Source of the DNA: Bacilli bacterium
GTDB lineage: Bacteria; Bacillota_I; Bacilli_A; RFN20; CAG-288
Direction of reading: 5' to 3'
DNA: 39,693 nt
NCBI GenBank assembly: GCA_022780765.1
Contig: JALEUS010000094.1
Span: 1 to 39,693 of the forward strand
Position 1 is the stretch's first letter, and every line of letters begins with the position of its first letter. Made by a program: the position numbers and the translations under genes. Positions 36,721 to 39,693 of this stretch are shown piece by piece. The notes under the pieces were generated by a model, which saw only the letters and a list, made by a program, of their open reading frames with translations, was not told where the DNA came from and ran no database searches.

Positions 36721-36981
36721 ATGATGTCAATTCCTATCTGGGCTTTTGTTTTAATAATTGTTCTTCTCATATTAGGTTCTTTAATCGCTGGCTTTTTTAT
36801 CGCAAGAACACTTATCAAAAGAGAGATGAAAAAGAATCCTCCTATAAGTGAAGATATGATAAAAGCTATGTATCGTTCCATGGGTGTCACTCCTTCGCAG
36901 GCTAGATTGAATCAGACAATGAAAGCTATCAATGAAGCGCAGAGTGGCAAAAAATCTCCTAAAAATAAAAAACACAAATAA
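36721..36981 (+). CDS. YneF/UPF0154 family membrane protein
   Basis: N-terminal TM helix, GFFIAR, KNPPISEDMIKAMY.SMG..PS. Confidence 0.88.
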   Translation: MMSIPIWAFVLIIVLLILGSLIAGFFIARTLIKREMKKNPPISEDMIKAMYRSMGVTPSQARLNQTMKAINEAQSGKKSPKNKKHK

Positions 36982-36986
36982 AAATC

Positions 36987-37031
36987 AGAGCTGGTTAAGA
37001 TATCTAAAATTATCTTGTCAGCTCTTTTTTT
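36987..37031 (+). terminator. Intrinsic terminator
   Basis: AGAGCTG..AAGATA / TATCTT..CAGCTCT stem with T-run. Confidence 0.7.
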
Positions 37032-37272
37032 GTACATTATTTCAAGATAATAATTGTTCAATAGTTTTAAATAGTAAATAGTTTTACAATCAGTCTTTTA
37101 TTTCTCTTTATCTTTTAGTCTAATGTATATGTTTGTATTATTAAAATGAAAAACAGATAAGAGTCAAATTTTCTAATCTAATAGATAAAAAAGATTGGAA
37201 ACTTAGAGCAAGCCTATTAGAGATTTGAAAACTGGCCAAATAATCTATCAAAAGACATTTGCTTTATTAATA

Positions 37273-37380
37273 TTAATTTTTTAAACAACCAATTGGTATA
37301 ACAAAAACATCGTCTTCTCTTTTATATCCATATTGATTACCTGTTATATTTTTCAATATCACTTTACAAATTTGCTGCAT
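37273..37380 (-). pseudogene. C-terminal remnant of a DUF4143/AAA_14-type protein
   Basis: The minus strand reads ...ITGNQYGYKREDDVFVIPIGCLKN*, resembling the YxRxDGVxVxPIGCLK C-terminus of this family. Confidence 0.6.
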
Positions 37381-37509
37381 TTAATTTTACAAATTTGCGA
37401 TTTTTTATTTTACATATTTGTCATATTTAATCTTATATATTTGCGTCAGTCAATTACTTAATAGGCTAAAACAAAAATCCTTAACGGACTTGGTTCTTTT
37501 ATCAAACTC

Positions 37510-38316
37510 TTATTTATCAATTTTTTCTTTATTTAGTTCATTGATAGCGATAGTGATGATCTTGCTTTCATTTTCATCAGCATCTTTTTTTACATCTTTT
37601 TTAAATACTGTGACAGGTTCCTTTCCTGCAAGAAGTCGTTTTATATTGCTTGAATGTCTTATTAAAATGGTCAAGATAAACAAGAAAACAGTTATTGTTG
37701 TCACATAAGTTAAATGGATCATGAATGATGGAGAGAAAAAAAGACCGAAGTTATATAGAGAGTAATCTTTAAAACATGTCAAGTGAGTAATAAGCGGAAC
37801 AAATGAGAAGAGTAGGCAAGAAAAAGAACCGATTATTGAAGATAAAGAGATCTTCTTAAATCTCTTAAAAGTGATAAAAAACGTAAGAAGACCAATCAGA
37901 AAAAGAACAGGTGAGATAAAAAGACAGTAACCTGCAAAACAAGCGACAGCTTTTCCACCTTTAAAGTGTGAAAATACAGGATATATGTGTCCTATAGCGA
38001 CTGAAAAAGCAGAGATAGAACAGATGACTTCAATGAATTGATCATAATAAAATATATCCATCTTCACATATCTAAAAATTACAAATGTAAAGAGAAGAGC
38101 CAAGAAACATTTTAACAAATCAAGTGCAATAGTTAATATTCCTGCTCTTTTGGATACTGATCTTCCAACATTGGTACCACCAGCGTTTTTTGAGCCTACT
38201 TTAGTGATGTCAACACCGTAATGAGAAGAGATAATTTTTGAAAAAGAGATCGATCCTAACAGATAATTGAATATGATAGTTAACAGATACGCTAATACTG
38301 TGTAAAAAATTTTCAT
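37510..38316 (-). CDS. plsY: Glycerol-3-phosphate acyltransferase PlsY
   Basis: YLLGSI, GSKNAGGTN..R, GHIYPVF..FKGGKAVA, RHSSNIKRL..G.E. Confidence 0.94.
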   Translation of the reverse strand: MKIFYTVLAYLLTIIFNYLLGSISFSKIISSHYGVDITKVGSKNAGGTNVGRSVSKRAGILTIALDLLKCFLALLFTFVIFRYVKMDIFYYDQFIEVICSISAFSVAIGHIYPVFSHFKGGKAVACFAGYCLFISPVLFLIGLLTFFITFKRFKKISLSSIIGSFSCLLFSFVPLITHLTCFKDYSLYNFGLFFSPSFMIHLTYVTTITVFLFILTILIRHSSNIKRLLAGKEPVTVFKKDVKKDADENESKIITIAINELNKEKIDK

Positions 38317-38394
38317 AAAACATTTTTAATTATATAGGTTTCGTCTTTAAATTCAATCATTTTTTGTGTAAAATTGATAGGTTGAGGTAGAAAT

Positions 38395-39693
38395 ATGGGC
38401 GAATCATATAATGCTAGTAATTTGAAGATTCTTCATGGTCTATTGCCTGTCAGGGAAAGACCAGGAATGTATATAGGTTCAACCGATACAATCGGCTTAC
38501 ATCACCTTGTTTGGGAAATAGTTGACAATGCAGTCGATGAAGCAAATGAAGGATATGGAAAGAATATTTACGTGATAATTCACGATGATAATTCGTTGGA
38601 GGTTATCGATCAGGCTAGAGGTATTCCCTACGATTACAATGAGAAAGAGAAAATGACCGGTTTTCAAATAGTCTATCAGACACTGCACGGCGGAGGAAAG
38701 TTCGATGAAAAGAATTACTCTCATGCTGGAGGTTTACACGGTGTCGGTGCTGCTGTTACAAATGCTTTATCCAAATGGATGGAGATACATTCATACAAGG
38801 ATGGTGTAGATCATTTCGGTCGTTTTGAAAACGGAGGAAAGAAGTTTTCAGGAATTAAGGATTTAGGACCAACTACCAAGAGAGGAACATCGGTCAGATT
38901 TCTTCCTGATGACACTATCTTTGAAGATATCACTTGGAATTATGAGAGGATCTCTTCTCATTTAGATCACAGAGCATGTCTTACAAAAGGTGTCACTTTC
39001 CATCTGAAAGATGAAAGGAGCGGTAGAAGTCAAACATATTTCTATGAGAGAGGTCTTTTAGAATATTATCAAAGAAGGACAGCAGGAAAAACTGCTCTCT
39101 GTCAGCCTGTTCACATTGAAGGCAAATCACCGGAAGGTATTTCTGTTGAGACAGTCTTTGGCTTTTTGAAAGATAACTACGATGAAAAGATCATCTCTTT
39201 TGCTAACGGTGTAAGAACAACAGATGGTGGATATCATGTCACCGGTTTAAAAAAAGCGATCACCAGCTGCTTTAATTACTACGCTTCTTCTCACAATCTT
39301 ATAAAGAAGAACGAGTCTTTAGATGGAGATTGTTTAAGGGAAGGTTTAGTGTGCATCATCTCAGCATGGGTTCCTGAACATCTGCTTCAGTTTGAAGGAC
39401 AGACAAAAGGAAAACTAGGTACGAAAGAGGCTTTAAACTCCGTCGATTCGATAATCGAAGAGAAGTTAGCCTATCATCTTGAAGAACATGCTAAGGAGAG
39501 TGACAGCATAGTCAGTAAGACGATAAATGAGATGAGAATAAGAGCGAAGAGCGAAGAGGATAAAAGAAAGGAAAGAGAGCTGCTTAAAACAAAGATGAAC
39601 AGCTTCTCACTCTCTGATAAACTCACTCCTTGTTCAACAAAAGATTATCTCAATAATGAGCTTTTTATAGTTGAAGGTGATTCCGCAGGCGGT
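38395..39693 (+). CDS. parE: DNA topoisomerase IV subunit B (partial, runs off the window end)
   Basis: Not in the ORF track because it has no stop. Reads MGESYNASNLKIL..VRERPGMYIGST..GLHHLVWEIVDNAVDE, LHGGGKF, GGLHGVG, FEGQTK.KLG, ELFIVEGDSAGG. Divergent from plsY, which favours parE over gyrB. Confidence 0.85.
   Translation, partial: MGESYNASNLKILHGLLPVRERPGMYIGSTDTIGLHHLVWEIVDNAVDEANEGYGKNIYVIIHDDNSLEVIDQARGIPYDYNEKEKMTGFQIVYQTLHGGGKFDEKNYSHAGGLHGVGAAVTNALSKWMEIHSYKDGVDHFGRFENGGKKFSGIKDLGPTTKRGTSVRFLPDDTIFEDITWNYERISSHLDHRACLTKGVTFHLKDERSGRSQTYFYERGLLEYYQRRTAGKTALCQPVHIEGKSPEGISVETVFGFLKDNYDEKIISFANGVRTTDGGYHVTGLKKAITSCFNYYASSHNLIKKNESLDGDCLREGLVCIISAWVPEHLLQFEGQTKGKLGTKEALNSVDSIIEEKLAYHLEEHAKESDSIVSKTINEMRIRAKSEEDKRKERELLKTKMNSFSLSDKLTPCSTKDYLNNELFIVEGDSAGG

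Noticed and set aside
984-36981. Apparent abundance of ATCGAT/GATC/AGAGA words in coding DNA
   Set aside because: It cannot be quantified by eye and is plausibly explained by codon usage (ATC, GAT, AGA, GAG, TCT).
574-37380. The two AAA_14/DUF4143 remnants as halves of one gene split by an inversion
   Set aside because: They appear to resemble different subfamilies, no flanking repeats are visible, and there is no way to test this within the window.
37418-37708. 96-aa plus-strand ORF
   Set aside because: It is mostly antisense to plsY, with a TTG start and no SD.
1146-38724. Numerous short antisense or alternate-frame ORFs in the track (e.g. 6447..6842, 19919..20299, 33052..33420, 36498..36890, 38497..38724)
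   Set aside because: They lie within or across well-supported genes, lack SDs and recognisable motifs, and are shadow ORFs.
38395-39693. gyrB assignment
   Set aside because: The divergent plsY neighbour is the conserved parE context, although gyrB cannot be fully excluded from a partial sequence.

Overview
Low-GC chromosomal window from a genome-reduced, probably anaerobic Bacilli-lineage bacterium. It is Mollicutes-like in gene content but uses genetic code 11, since TGA terminates several genes. Most of it is housekeeping: sdaA, a monomeric [FeFe]-hydrogenase, a flavin reductase-rubredoxin fusion, nrdDG, mraZ-rsmH, pyk-ROK-thrS, dnaB-dnaI-like, a split peptidase-C39 membrane protein, a ybeY-cdd fusion, era, recO, glyQS, dnaG, sigA plus a tandem second sigma70, trmK, ispH, apt, rel, hisS, aspS, cshB, ispG, rpmG, efp, yneF, plsY and partial parE. 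The left edge is accessory and the most unusual part: a truncated unknown ORF with an Rx5H motif is followed directly by five ~21-nt-period GGGTATTCA repeats with variable linkers, then a terminator and an AAA_14 ATPase remnant. Other points of interest are a Per-box-like operator at the hydrogenase promoter, a DnaI homolog that has lost its Walker motifs, a -1 frameshift at a slippery site in the C39 gene, altered promoter-recognition residues in the second sigma70, and an EF-P with a TAMR loop. All family assignments come from motif recognition by eye; no database search was run.
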